Shown here piece by piece: positions 39,725-49,902 of a stretch of DNA of 64,000 nucleotides. The stretch lies in NCBI RefSeq assembly GCF_018977255.1, contig NW_024704742.1:118360001-118424000 (forward strand), written 5' to 3'. The notes beneath the pieces are model-generated. The model was given only the letters and a program-made list of their open reading frames with translations. It had not been told where the DNA came from and searched no databases. The position numbers and the translations under genes were made by a program. The stretch comes from Callorhinchus milii. Its lineage: Eukaryota. The number at the start of each line of letters is the position of its first letter. Position 1 is the stretch's first letter.

Positions 39725-40335
39725 GTGTCGGGGCCCAAGCATGGGGTGGGGGGTGGTGTAAGGGTGAGGGAAGGCAGAGAGGTGGGAGGGAGACTAAGGG
39801 CACAGCCAAAGAGAAGGGTCTTGAGACCGGCCTTGAAGGAGGCAAGGCCGGAGGTGAGGTGAAAGGACCGTGGGATGGAGTTCCAGAGTGTGGGAGTAGA
39901 GAGGCTGAAAGCCCGGTCACCAATGGTAGGGCGGGTCGAGCGGGAGACATGGAGCAGATTGGAGCCCGCTGAACGGAGGGAGCGGGCAGGTTGGTAGAGA
40001 GTCAGCAGGTCAGAGAGGTAGGGGGCAAAGCCTAGATCTCTACCAAAGAGGTAGGGATCTAGGGGGCAAAGCCATGGATGGTCTTAAAGGTGAGGACGAC
40101 GATCTTGAACTCGATCCTTTGGGGGATGGGGAGCCAGTGGAGTCGGGCGAGGGTGGGAGTGATGGGGTCACGGAGCCTGGTGCGCGAGAGTACACGAGCT
40201 GCAGAGTTTTGGATGATCTGCAGCTTGTGAAGGGAAGAGTTGGGAAGGCCGATGAGGAGGGAGGAGTTCCCATAATCGAGCCTTGAGATGAAGAATGCAT
40301 GGGTGAGGTTTTGGCAGCCTGAAGGGTGCGGCAGT
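39725..40335 (-). mobile_element. L2-clade LINE 3' fragment flanked by SINEs
   Basis: [35 protein letters not shown]...LHWLPIPQRIEFKI. Confidence 0.92.
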
Positions 40336-40344
40336 GGCGGTTGG

Positions 40345-40745
40345 TTGCACACAGCAGTTTCTCACAAACAGTTGTCAGTTGCGAGACCCCTTTTTTTCTT
40401 AAAAAAAGCAATTATTATCTGCTGGAAAGCGATTCGCCAATCGACTAACAACAGGGATCCTCCTATAGGTATTATAATTATTACTGCTAGGTATTATCAT
40501 TATTACTGCTAGGTATTATCATTATTACTGCTAGGTATTATCATTATTACTGCTAGGTAAACAGAGGCGTGTGGAGTTGGAAAACTTGACTAAGGTTTAG
40601 CCCCGTCTGGAACCAAACCTGGGTCCTCTTGCTTGCAAGGCGAGTGCACTAACCTCTTGTAAGCCCTCTGAGACGCTACCCTGCACGGAGAGCGCTCTAT
40701 AAGTGCGCGTTGTTGTTGCTGTTAACCACTATGCTACAGGACTAC
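40345..40745 (-). mobile_element. tRNA-derived SINE, long subfamily, with an internal 22-bp tandem repeat and a nested L2 tail
   Basis: Head is split at 40655-40722; (TAGGTATTATCATTATTACTGC)x4 at 40466-40559. Confidence 0.85.
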
Positions 40746-41119
40746 AAATATCACTCCGAAGCTTCGAACCGACTGTGCGAAAACCTCGGGAGAGGCAGCG
40801 ACGCGACGGAAGACATCGATATCAAATGCAAGTTAGTGGAGTAGTAGTATTAATATTATTATTATTATTATTATTGCAGAAGCAGCAGCAGTAACTGACT
40901 GACTGTGAACGTTACCCAGTTCCTCAGCAGAGGGATTGCCTGACACCTGTTCTGGGTGCAGACAGTGGCGGCTCTGGGCTGTGTGGGCACTGACCATTTC
41001 CCCCCTGCTCGGGTCATGACCCAACTGTGCAGCGCCTTGGGACGTCCTCCTGACGTGAAAGGCGCTTTATAAATGGAATCTTGTTGTTGTTGTTGTTGAG
41101 TGAGGAGGGAATGGCTCAC

Positions 41120-41452
41120 CTGGTATCTGCCGGTCAGCAGTTGGCTGCGGGAGGGAGTGCACAGCGGCTGCACATAGTAGTTATCCAGTCTGACGCCCTC
41201 CGCCGAGAGTCTGTCCAGGACCGGGGTCCTGAGCTGAGAACCGTGATACCCCACATCCCCCCAACCAAAGTCATCAGCCAGAACATACACCAGGTGGGGC
41301 GGGGGCTGAGCCCGGGGCGGGGGCGGGGGCTGAGCCCGGGGCGGGGGCTGAGCCCGGGGCGGGGGCTGAGCCCGGGGCGGGGGTCGGGACCCGCCAGACA
41401 TGGGGAGAAGCCACAGAGCACACACAGCCCAGTGCAGAATACACACTGCCAT
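41120..41452 (-). CDS. ARSB: ARSB exon 1 (signal peptide, PPPRAQ repeat, CTPSR active-site motif)
   Basis: [21 protein letters not shown]...[20 protein letters not shown]...[20 protein letters not shown] at 41452; donor CAG|GTGAGC; 333 nt, phase 0. Confidence 0.95.
41296..41385 (-). repeat. 18-bp coding tandem repeat (4 units) encoding PPPRAQ
   Basis: GGGGCTGAGCCCGGGGCG repeated on the + strand inside ARSB exon 1. Confidence 0.95.
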
Positions 41453-41465
41453 CTCCCCCAACACT

Positions 41466-42657
41466 GTCACTCACTCACTCACTCTCTTACAATCACTCAC
41501 TCTCTCACACTCACTCACTCTCTCACACTCACTCACTCTCTCTCACACTCACTCACTCTCTCTCACACTCACTCACTCTCTCACACTCACTCACTCTCTC
41601 ACACTCACTCACTCTCACACTCACTCACTCACACTCACTCACTCTCTCTCACACTCACTCACTCTCTCTCACACTCACTCACTCTCTCTCACACTCACTC
41701 ACTCTCTCTCACACTCACTCACTCTCTCTCACACTCACTCACTCTCTCTCACACTCACTCACTCTCTCTTACACTCTCACTCTCTCTTACACTCACTCTC
41801 TCTTACACTCACTCTCTCTCTTACACTCACTCACTCTCTCTTACACTCACTCACTCTCTCTTACACTCACTCACTCTCTCTTACACTCACTCACTCTCTC
41901 ACACACTCACTCTCTCTTACACTCACTCTCTCTCTTACACTCTCACTCTCTCTCTTACACTCTCACTCTCTCTCTTACACTCTCACTCTCTCTCTTACAC
42001 TCACTCACTCTCTTACACTCACTCTCTCTCTTACACTCTCACTCTCTCTCTTACACTCTCACTCTCTCTCTTACACTCACTCACTCTCTTACACTCACTC
42101 TCTCACTCTCTCTCTTACACTCACTCACTCTCTCTTACACTCACTCACTCTCTTACACTCACTCACTCTCTCTTACACTCACTCACTCTCTCTTACACTC
42201 ACTCACTCTCTCTTACACTCACTCACTCTCTCTTACACTCACTCACTCTCTCACACTCTCACTCTCTCTTACACTCACTCTCTCTCTTACACTCTCACTC
42301 TCTCTCTTACACTCTCACTCTCTCTCTTACACTCTCACTCTCTCTCTTACACTCACTCACTCTCTTACACTCACTCTCTCACTCTCTCTCTTACACTCAC
42401 TCACTCACTCTCTCTTACACTCACTCACTCTCTTACACTCACTCACTCTCTCTTACACTCACTCACTCTCTCTTACACTCTCTCTCTCTTACACTCACTC
42501 TCTCTCTTACACTCACTCTCTTACACTCACTCTCTCTCTCACTTACACACTCACACACTCTCACTTTCCCCCACACACACACACACACACACACTTAATC
42601 TCCCACTCCCTCACCCACTCCGTCTCTCACTCACACACACACACACACACACACACA
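41466..42657. repeat. Compound microsatellite/minisatellite array (ACTC)n/(CT)n/CTTAC, ending in (CA)n
   Basis: About 1.2 kb, almost G-free on the + strand; units such as CTCTCTTACACTCACTCA. Confidence 0.98.
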
Positions 42658-42700
42658 GAGTCACCACCCGGAAACGAGGTGACTTTATATCAGTCCCTTT
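42658..42700 (-). promoter_or_regulatory. Candidate ARSB proximal promoter motifs
   Basis: First unique sequence upstream of the repeat array: AGTCACC-ACCCGGAAACGA-GGTGACT, i.e. an ETS-like CCGGAA inside a 7-bp inverted repeat of GTCAC half-sites. A CpG/GC-rich tract lies at 43140-43490. Confidence 0.35.
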
Positions 42701-42947
42701 TAAAGCGACACTGTCCAGAGTCAGAAACACAGTGTCATCACATCACGATCAGTTTAATGTGATGCTGTGATCACTCCCTTGAGGTCGTGTTTTTTTTTTC
42801 CTCGGGGGCTTCCGTGGCACCGTCTAATGCTGCACATCGTCCTAACTGCAGCTGTTAACTCTGCCCCTCCTGATCCCCACATGTTCCTCTGTTGGCTTTT
42901 GACTCTGCAATTTCTGCTCCCAGTTACGTTGTCACCCTTTCGCAGTT

Positions 42948-43135
42948 TATAATAATATATAATAACCCTTGCATTTGATATAGCGCTTTTCACGTCGGGA
43001 GGACGTCCCAAAGCGCTTCACAGAACACACTGTAAAGTGAATTGACTGTATATTTGTGGGCGAACGCGGCAGCCAATTGCGCACAGCAATGTCCCACAGA
43101 CAGTCGTAGATTGAAAATGACCAATTTAATTATTG
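42948..43135 (-). mobile_element. SINE 3' half (similar halves at ~1360-1550, 2820-2970, 3220-3345, 15628-15797, 19595-19752, 21563-21815, 23125-23240, 27315-27480, 43660-43770, 45615-45825)
   Basis: Near-identical to the Deu-like body and tail of the 39409 copy. Confidence 0.88.
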
Positions 43136-43844
43136 TTGCAGAGTTTAGTCTCTGGATGTGGTCGGGTGGCGAAAGCCAAGGCAGGAGCACCGCAATCGCG
43201 GTACCATTGCAATCCTTGCACAATCCTTGCACAACGAATAGATGTTGGGGTAAATGCAACCCCCCCCCCCTCCCCCCTGCCAGGGCTCGCGGCGGGCGCT
43301 AGGACCCGGGGACGCTGACTGCTCTCAGGCAAATAACACGCAGCTCGTGACTGAGGGCCAATGCTGAGCTTCAATCAGTGCAGAGACTGAGAGGGGTCAG
43401 TGCTGCACTCTCACTCTTCTCTGAGCCACCAGCGCCAGGGGGGGAGGGGGGAGGGGGTTGAGGGGGGAGGGGGTTGAGGGGGACGACTTCAATGCAAATC
43501 AGGAAGTGAGGAGGGAGAGGACCTGCCATGGGGACAGAAAGATTATCATTGCAACTGGTTACAGCTCCTCCTGCAAACACCCACCAGCTTGTTGACTGCA
43601 GGACTGGGAGCGCAGGGCCACATTAACTGTGTGGCTGATGTCAACCTAACCTTGAGAACCATACTTGCATTTGATATAGCGTTTATGACGTCTTTGAAAC
43701 GTCTCAAAGTGCTTCGCAGAATATGCCGTAAGGGGAATCGACTGTACAGTTTGTGGATGCGGCCGATCGGGCGTTAAGGCACCAAAACGCCAAAAAGTCT
43801 CCGCGTGGTAAAGGAATTGCACCTGGGGTTTGGAATCAGGAAGG

Positions 43845-44358
43845 ATTGTAGGTGGGGTAGGGATAGGAGGGTGACCGAAGGCGCGGTCGAAGAGGAGGGT
43901 CTTGAGTCGGGCTGTGAACAAGGCAAGGGAGGGGGTGAGGCGGAGGGACTGTGGGATGGAGCTCCAAAGGGTGGGGGCCTGGATAATAATATAATAATCC
44001 TTACAGTTGATATAGCATTTTCACATCTTCAAGACGACTCAAAGCGCTTCACAGAATATACTGTAAAGCGAATTGACTGTATATTTGTGGGCGAAACGCG
44101 GCTGCCAATCGCGCACAGCAGTGTCCCACAAACAGTCGTGGATTGAGTGACCAAATTATTATATTTTTTTGAGGGATTGTTATCAGGCGTGTGGAGTAAG
44201 GGAACTTGCCCAAGGTTTCCCCCTGCCGGGAATTAAACCCAGGTCTCTCGCTTGCAAGGCGAGCGCTCTAACCACTGAGCTACAGGACTCATGGATGTGA
44301 TGAATGTGTGGATGAGGGTCTCGGTGGCCTGAGGTGAGAGGCAGTGGTGGAGCCGGGC
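43845..44358 (-). mobile_element. L2 fragment interrupted by a full-length tRNA-derived SINE (43983-44290)
   Basis: L2 sequence at 43845-43981 and 44291-44358 flanks a complete SINE. Confidence 0.85.
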
Positions 44359-47300
44359 AATAATAAAATAGCATAGATTTATGCTGTTATTCAGGAAATA
44401 TTCAATCAAGAAGCATTTATTCACTGCTGTAGACATTTCGCCTTCTTGAATGAGGAAGTCAACACATATATGAATCCAGTTTATTTCTTTGTAATTCAAT
44501 TTATGTCAATAATAACGTTTTTAATTCAAAAATAATTTTTTTAACCTCAGAATTAAGTTCTAAATAAGTTGCATTTGATACATATTTCAAAGTTTGAACT
44601 CTTCCTATTGAATTACACATAGAGGTACTATATTTGTTTTCTGTTTATTTTTGTGATCATTCATGAGTTTCAAATATTCCTTCTGGTCCAAATGCATCAA
44701 GGAAACATTTGTGGCACTAATAGAAGTAACATCAATATCAAATAAAGCATTTTGTTTTTAAAAAATTACAACTTATTACTGGAACTTATCCCTAAAACTA
44801 CTCAATTTGTCTGGCTTTCACATTCACCGCTACAAAACCACTGCCAATGCCAACAAGGAAGTAAAGTACCACCAAGTAGAATATCCTCTCTCAACCCCCT
44901 CCTCCCAGTAGAGGAATACAAGTCTTTTTCAGCACTTTCAGGCTCGGTGAATACAGGTTCACTCTGGCACTAAGTGTTCCAGTGCTCAGCAACACAACAA
45001 CAAAGTTATTTTTAACATCTGCTGCATGATAAAAAGCCATATCCATGTGTAGAAGCCAGCACCTAGAGCCAGTCATTGCTGCTAGTTTATCTGCATGCAT
45101 GAAATTATTCCATTCATTTGAAAACAATTTATATGAAAACGAATGGGACTTTGGATATTTGGGTTTTTGGTTGGATCATGCATTTTGTTAGGCGCAAGTT
45201 GAATTTTTTAACTTTTTTAAAATATATTTTGTATAACCTGGCAGTTTCTGTGGACCTGAATTTTTCTGCTTTTAAATATTGCAAAATGTTTTTCATGATG
45301 GGTGGCTCAATCCTATTTTATGAAACTTTTTTATGATTCTTTGATCATCCAAGGCTAAAGAGAGCGGGTTTGCACCTTTCTGGTATTAGTGCAAAAATAC
45401 AATACAACACAACATTGTTGGAGGAGGAGAGTGAATCACCACTCAACATCTCACCATCCAATTATCCTTTCTGAAAGACAAATAAGATAAAATTTGAACT
45501 CTGCACTGGTGATTAATTAACTACTCTGAGACGAGAGCATACCGATTTAACCAGCTCGTTTACTTTTCATGCCAACACCCAGTGAGATACACAATCCATA
45601 GCTGGGTAAATACATAATAATCCTTGCATTTGATGTTGTGTTGTATTGTACTTTTGCACTAATACCAGAAAGGTGCTTTTCACATCTTCTAGATGTCTCA
45701 AAGCGCTTCACAGAACATACTGCAAAGTGAATTGACTGTATATGTGTGGGTGAAACGTGACAGCCAATTGCGCAAAGCTGTGTCCCACAAACAGTCGTGG
45801 ATTGAAGTGACCAATTTTATTATTGTTTTTATATTTATATAGACCAATTTTATTATTGCTTGTATTATAAATATAATACTTTTGCTTTGTGACCTTATTC
45901 CTAGCAAGCAGTATAACATATATCACATTGTGGAATGCTGCAGAGATACAGTAATCCTTATTTTAAAATCTACTAAAATCACAACAAAATACATTTGCAT
46001 TCATTTTATACTCTCCCACTGTCTTCTCCCTCCAAGCATTTTGTCTCAGATAGTTTTCTTTGTAAATGAGTTATCGAAAAGCCACTGAAATTGTATTGCT
46101 ATAATCTAGTTACTGTGAGACTGCAATTCTAAACCACAGTTCAAAGAAATGAACAGCTGTATATACTGTAGTGAGGTAGTGCTGCTGAGATTGGATCAAG
46201 ATTGTTGGAATAAGAATCACACATCTGTAACAGTAGGAGCCCATGCAATCCACTCCTGCTGTATGCTTGTTGTGTAAATTGATTCTGTAAGCACCAGTCC
46301 ACATAGCAATGTAACAGGACAGTTCAGCAGTTCAGTTTCAGCATCAATATCAAGTTTGCTTAATACAAGAAATGGCAGTAATATACAGTATCTTTTCCTG
46401 GCACTTAAGTGGGTGGATGTGTGGTCCTCAAATGTAGTGACAGAACACTGATCTCTGAATATTCATTGATTTTCTGTAGACTAAATCAGGTCACACTGAT
46501 TGTATTAATGGTTGACATAAGAGATCTGGATTGTATTTCAAAGGCTTAAGAAATGTTCCTGCTTTTTTTTTAAAAAATGACATCATCAGCCCCCAAAGGC
46601 TATGGTTATGAAACGTTTTGCAGTGGGCGTTATGCACCTCCAAGAATTTGTTACTTGTGACTGGCCACCAGTATGACGCCTCTTCATTCACTTTGCAATT
46701 ACTTGTGTTTCCTGCCTGTGCCTCATTATCAATGCAACAACAACAAGATTCCATTTATAGAGCGCCTTTCACGTCGGGAGGACGTCCCAAGGCGCTGAAT
46801 GCAAGTCACCAACTTCAGCTTTGCTCTTCACAGTAGCTTTGCTCTTCACTGATGCAATGCATTGAAATCCATTCACAATCAACAACAACAACTTTCATTT
46901 ATATAACGCCCTCCATGCCGGGCAGTATCCCAGAGCCAACATCACTCAAAATGTTTGTGCTAAAGAACGATAATGGTGCAAATGGTGGGAGCCCTGCATT
47001 CTGCTGTGCTTCATTTTACACTCTTTGAGAACAGAATACAATTTTATGGTCGTCCATACATTTACAAACCTTGGTGACCTAAAGCAATGTATTCTCTGTT
47101 GGTCTGTAAGTGCTTCCCGCTACCTCGTGAAGGGCACTATGTAAATGCGAGTTGTTATTGTTTGTTGTTGTCTGTAAATGTACAGACCTTGTAGGTGTGA
47201 TTGTGTAGTGCTGGTCCCATTGTAAACACGCTGTCAAGATCTATATAGTTATGCCCGTCAGAGAATACATTAAACCAATGTCCAATCTGACTGCTCAGGT

Positions 47301-48151
47301 AGATGTTAAAAATTTTATGACACTATTCAAAAAGAGAAGGAAATTTCTCCTGGTGTCACTAACAAACATCCAGAAATAGATGTGTCATTGCTTACTTCAT
47401 GGCTGTTAGTAGCATATACCTGTGCCCAGATTTGCTGTTGCCAACAAATGCACAGTCACTACATTTTACAGAAATTCCCTTTGAGTGCCTCGAGATGTTT
47501 CGACAATGATAGGTGCAATATCAAATGCAATGATTATTTTTGTTATCATACTCTTGGTCGTTGCAGTCCTTAAATATACCAACACCTGGAGATTAATCCC
47601 TAGAAGTCTACGTATTTTAAATTCCCTGAACCTCTTCATCAGAATCATGAACAAGTTGGCTTAAATTGATTTCCGTTTCTTCTATCTGCCTTGTTTAATT
47701 CTAAACACTGATTAGAATTAATGATCCATCCATTTCAGACAATGATTCGATTAGAGTTGTAGCAAGACTCTTAATGGTGTATGGAGTCAGACTTCACTCT
47801 GCCCTACACAAGACATACTCTGCTCTGAGTGTCTGCTTTACCTGAGTAAGTGCTCCAGGAGAGAGGTGACTGGTTGAATGGTAACAAATATATCTGCAGT
47901 GATGGCAAGCAACTAAGATCATCATCTTCACACATGCAGGATTCTGAGTAATGGGAGGTTTTGGTCTTGGTTGAGATATGGCTCAGCACAAAATGATTCC
48001 CACCACAATACAATAGCAAATAGCATACTTATGGGCAGGAATTATGTTCTAGTAGGACAGATTTCCTGGTTACTCAGAATGCCACATATTTGATGATGGT
48101 GATTTCAGAAAGATGTTTAAGGCAGAAGTGCCTGTTACCTTGTAGCCTGGA

Positions 48152-48157
48152 TTTATT
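48152..48157 (-). terminator. Candidate DMGDH polyadenylation signal AATAAA
   Basis: TTTATT on the + strand about 105 nt downstream of the stop codon. Other candidates exist further downstream (44644, 44416). Confidence 0.35.
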
Positions 48158-48262
48158 ATCTTCATTTAAAGAGCTGATAGCTATCTCAATGGTAGCTTCA
48201 GGGCTGGTATAAATCAATGCAGTTGGGTATAGAGTTGCTTTGTTAACAAACAACCCAGTCTC

Positions 48263-48475
48263 TCAAATGTTCTTGCTCTTACTCTTCTTCATTCGCTCCC
48301 TGGTGGGTTCCGTCAACACCAATGGCTCTTGAACGATGACCGCTTTATACTTTTTATCCAGGAGCTCCACTTCCAGGTCTTGACCCACTTTGCTGAGTGC
48401 AACAGGCACGTACGCAAACGCCACACTCTGCCCAGTGTTGTAACTGTAGGCTCCGGATGTGGTGTTACCTACAAC
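48263..48475 (-). CDS. DMGDH: DMGDH last coding exon (equivalent to exon 16)
   Basis: [24 protein letters not shown]...[25 protein letters not shown] (TGA); 213 nt. Confidence 0.96.
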   Translation of the reverse strand, partial: VVGNTTSGAYSYNTGQSVAFAYVPVALSKVGQDLEVELLDKKYKAVIVQEPLVLTEPTRERMKKSKSKNI

Positions 48476-48995
48476 CTGAATACAAAACAATGTGATTTTA
48501 CAGGCTGATCTTGCCATTCAGAGAGATCACACACAAAACCATTTTGCACCCAGCCTTGTGAAGCACTTTGAGACATCCTCCTGAAATGAAAGGCGCTATA
48601 CAAAATCTAAAGGTAATTATTATTATTTCTGTGGTTTTGTATTTTGAGGGTGTAAATTCTTGCTATTTTCTTCCCAGGCAACAACTGAAGTCAAATGGCA
48701 AAGTTTCCAGCTCCTACTTTTTCACTACTTAAGATAATGTAGGTGTTAGCTTGGCTCAGAAGCAGTTTCATCTCTGGGTGCTTCTTGAATGCCCAAAGGC
48801 ACTTCCAATCTGCAGGCTATAGGATGTCCACCATTAGACTGGAGAATGGGATGCAATCACTCCTGGGCATCTCTTACAAGAGCAACTTGCATGTAAGGAT
48901 AATTATTAATTATTTCTGTGGTTTTGTATTTTGAGGGTATAAATTCTTCTATTTTCTTCCCAGGCAACGCACCAACCGAAGTCAAATGGCAAAGT

Positions 48996-49308
48996 ATATA
49001 ATAATATAATAATCCTTGCATTTGATATAGCGCTTTCCACGTCTTCTAGACGTCTCAAAGTGCCTCACAGAATATACTGTAAAGTGAATTGACCGTATAT
49101 TTGTGGGCGAAACGCGGCAGCCAATTGCGCACAGCAATGTCCCACAAACAGTCGTGGATTGAAAATGACCAATTTATTATTGTTTTTTTTGTTTTGGAGG
49201 GATTATTATTAGGCGTGTGGAGTAAGGAAACTTGCCCAGGGTTTCGCTCTGCCTGGAATTGAACCCAGGTGTCTTGCTTGCAAGGTGAGTGCTCTAACCA
49301 CAGGACTC
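48996..49308 (-). mobile_element. tRNA-Ala-derived SINE, full length
   Basis: Reverse complement of the 39409 copy. Confidence 0.92.
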
Positions 49309-49392
49309 TACAAATATATAGTGCCCTACACGCTGAATGGGGCTATTAGTGGTCAGAATTGGACTACACCATTTGTTAATTCTTGCACTGAC

Positions 49393-49527
49393 CTTGCCTT
49401 GGTGCCAAATGCTCTCATTTCCTTCAGGGTCAATGTCATCGGTTTGCAAAGTGAGGTATACCAGCTTACGCTGAAGCCCCTCCTCCTTGATTTTTCTCAA
49501 AGCTTGCTTGCCTATGAACTCCGCCGG
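49393..49527 (-). CDS. DMGDH: DMGDH exon (equivalent to exon 15)
   Basis: [45 protein letters not shown]; 135 nt, donor AAG|GTCAGT. Confidence 0.96.
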
Positions 49528-49842
49528 CTGAGTGAAGAAAATACAAATTACAGATTAACACTACGCACTTCAATCATTTCAATTAAACTGCAGTCAGGAA
49601 AGACTGGACAATAAGGTGACTGTGGGCAGTCCAGTACTGTGGCTGGTACTGGAAAGCCGTGTGACTTGAGGACCATCTTGTATTTAGCTGCCCAGAGAAA
49701 ACAGTTCCTGTGTGCAGCCGCTAAAAGACTGTAAACTTTCAGCCTAGGCCAATGCTGGGAGGTTACAATAAGATGTTCAACCGGGTTGGTCCACAGGGAT
49801 GGTACGAATGTCATAAGCAAACACTGGATAATTCATTTTCAC

Positions 49843-49902
49843 CTTATTTAGCTTTATGAAGTAGTCCAATCCAGCTTCAAAGGCATTTGTGTCGAGGTTC
49901 AT
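49843..49902 (-). CDS. DMGDH: DMGDH exon (equivalent to exon 14)
   Basis: Translated by hand: MNLDTNAFEAGLDYFIKLNK; acceptor TTTCAG|, donor |GTGAAA; 60 nt. Confidence 0.93.

Larger units (their letters stand above)
7433..41452 (-). other. ARSB: Arylsulfatase B gene model, 8 coding exons: 41452-41120, 28999-28813, 28146-27956, 27117-26910, 22090-21847, 21140-21070, 9246-9118, 7698-7433; CDS 1629 nt, 542 aa
   Basis: Exons splice in frame with GT/AG ends. The product has a signal peptide, [14 protein letters not shown], the sulfatase motif CTPSR, GKWHLG, STDNGG and a C-terminal GVWEPWV. Exon sizes 187/191/208/244/71/266 match those I recall for mammalian ARSB, and DMGDH lies adjacent. Confidence 0.97.

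Noticed and set aside
40466..40559. CRISPR-like direct repeats
   Set aside because: Head-to-tail 22-bp units with no spacers, in a vertebrate context; this is a minisatellite
41453..41470. ORF-track start of ARSB at 41470 (MTVLGE...)
   Set aside because: That codon is GTG. The first in-frame ATG is at 41452, in good context (GAGATGG), and is followed by a hydrophobic signal peptide.
41081..42770. 505-aa and 456-aa His/Ser/Leu/Thr-rich ORFs on the + strand
   Set aside because: They are translations of the G-free tandem array, which lacks stop codons by composition, and they run antisense to ARSB exon 1
44400..48260. Hidden gene between DMGDH and ARSB
   Set aside because: Only short ORFs with no recognisable domains, AT-rich sequence and SINE fragments; consistent with 3' UTR or intergenic DNA
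48263..48300. Peroxisomal or nuclear targeting signal in the basic DMGDH C-terminus (KKSKSKNI)
   Set aside because: The terminal tripeptide KNI is not a canonical PTS1, and a Lys-rich tail is also what I recall for mammalian mitochondrial DMGDH
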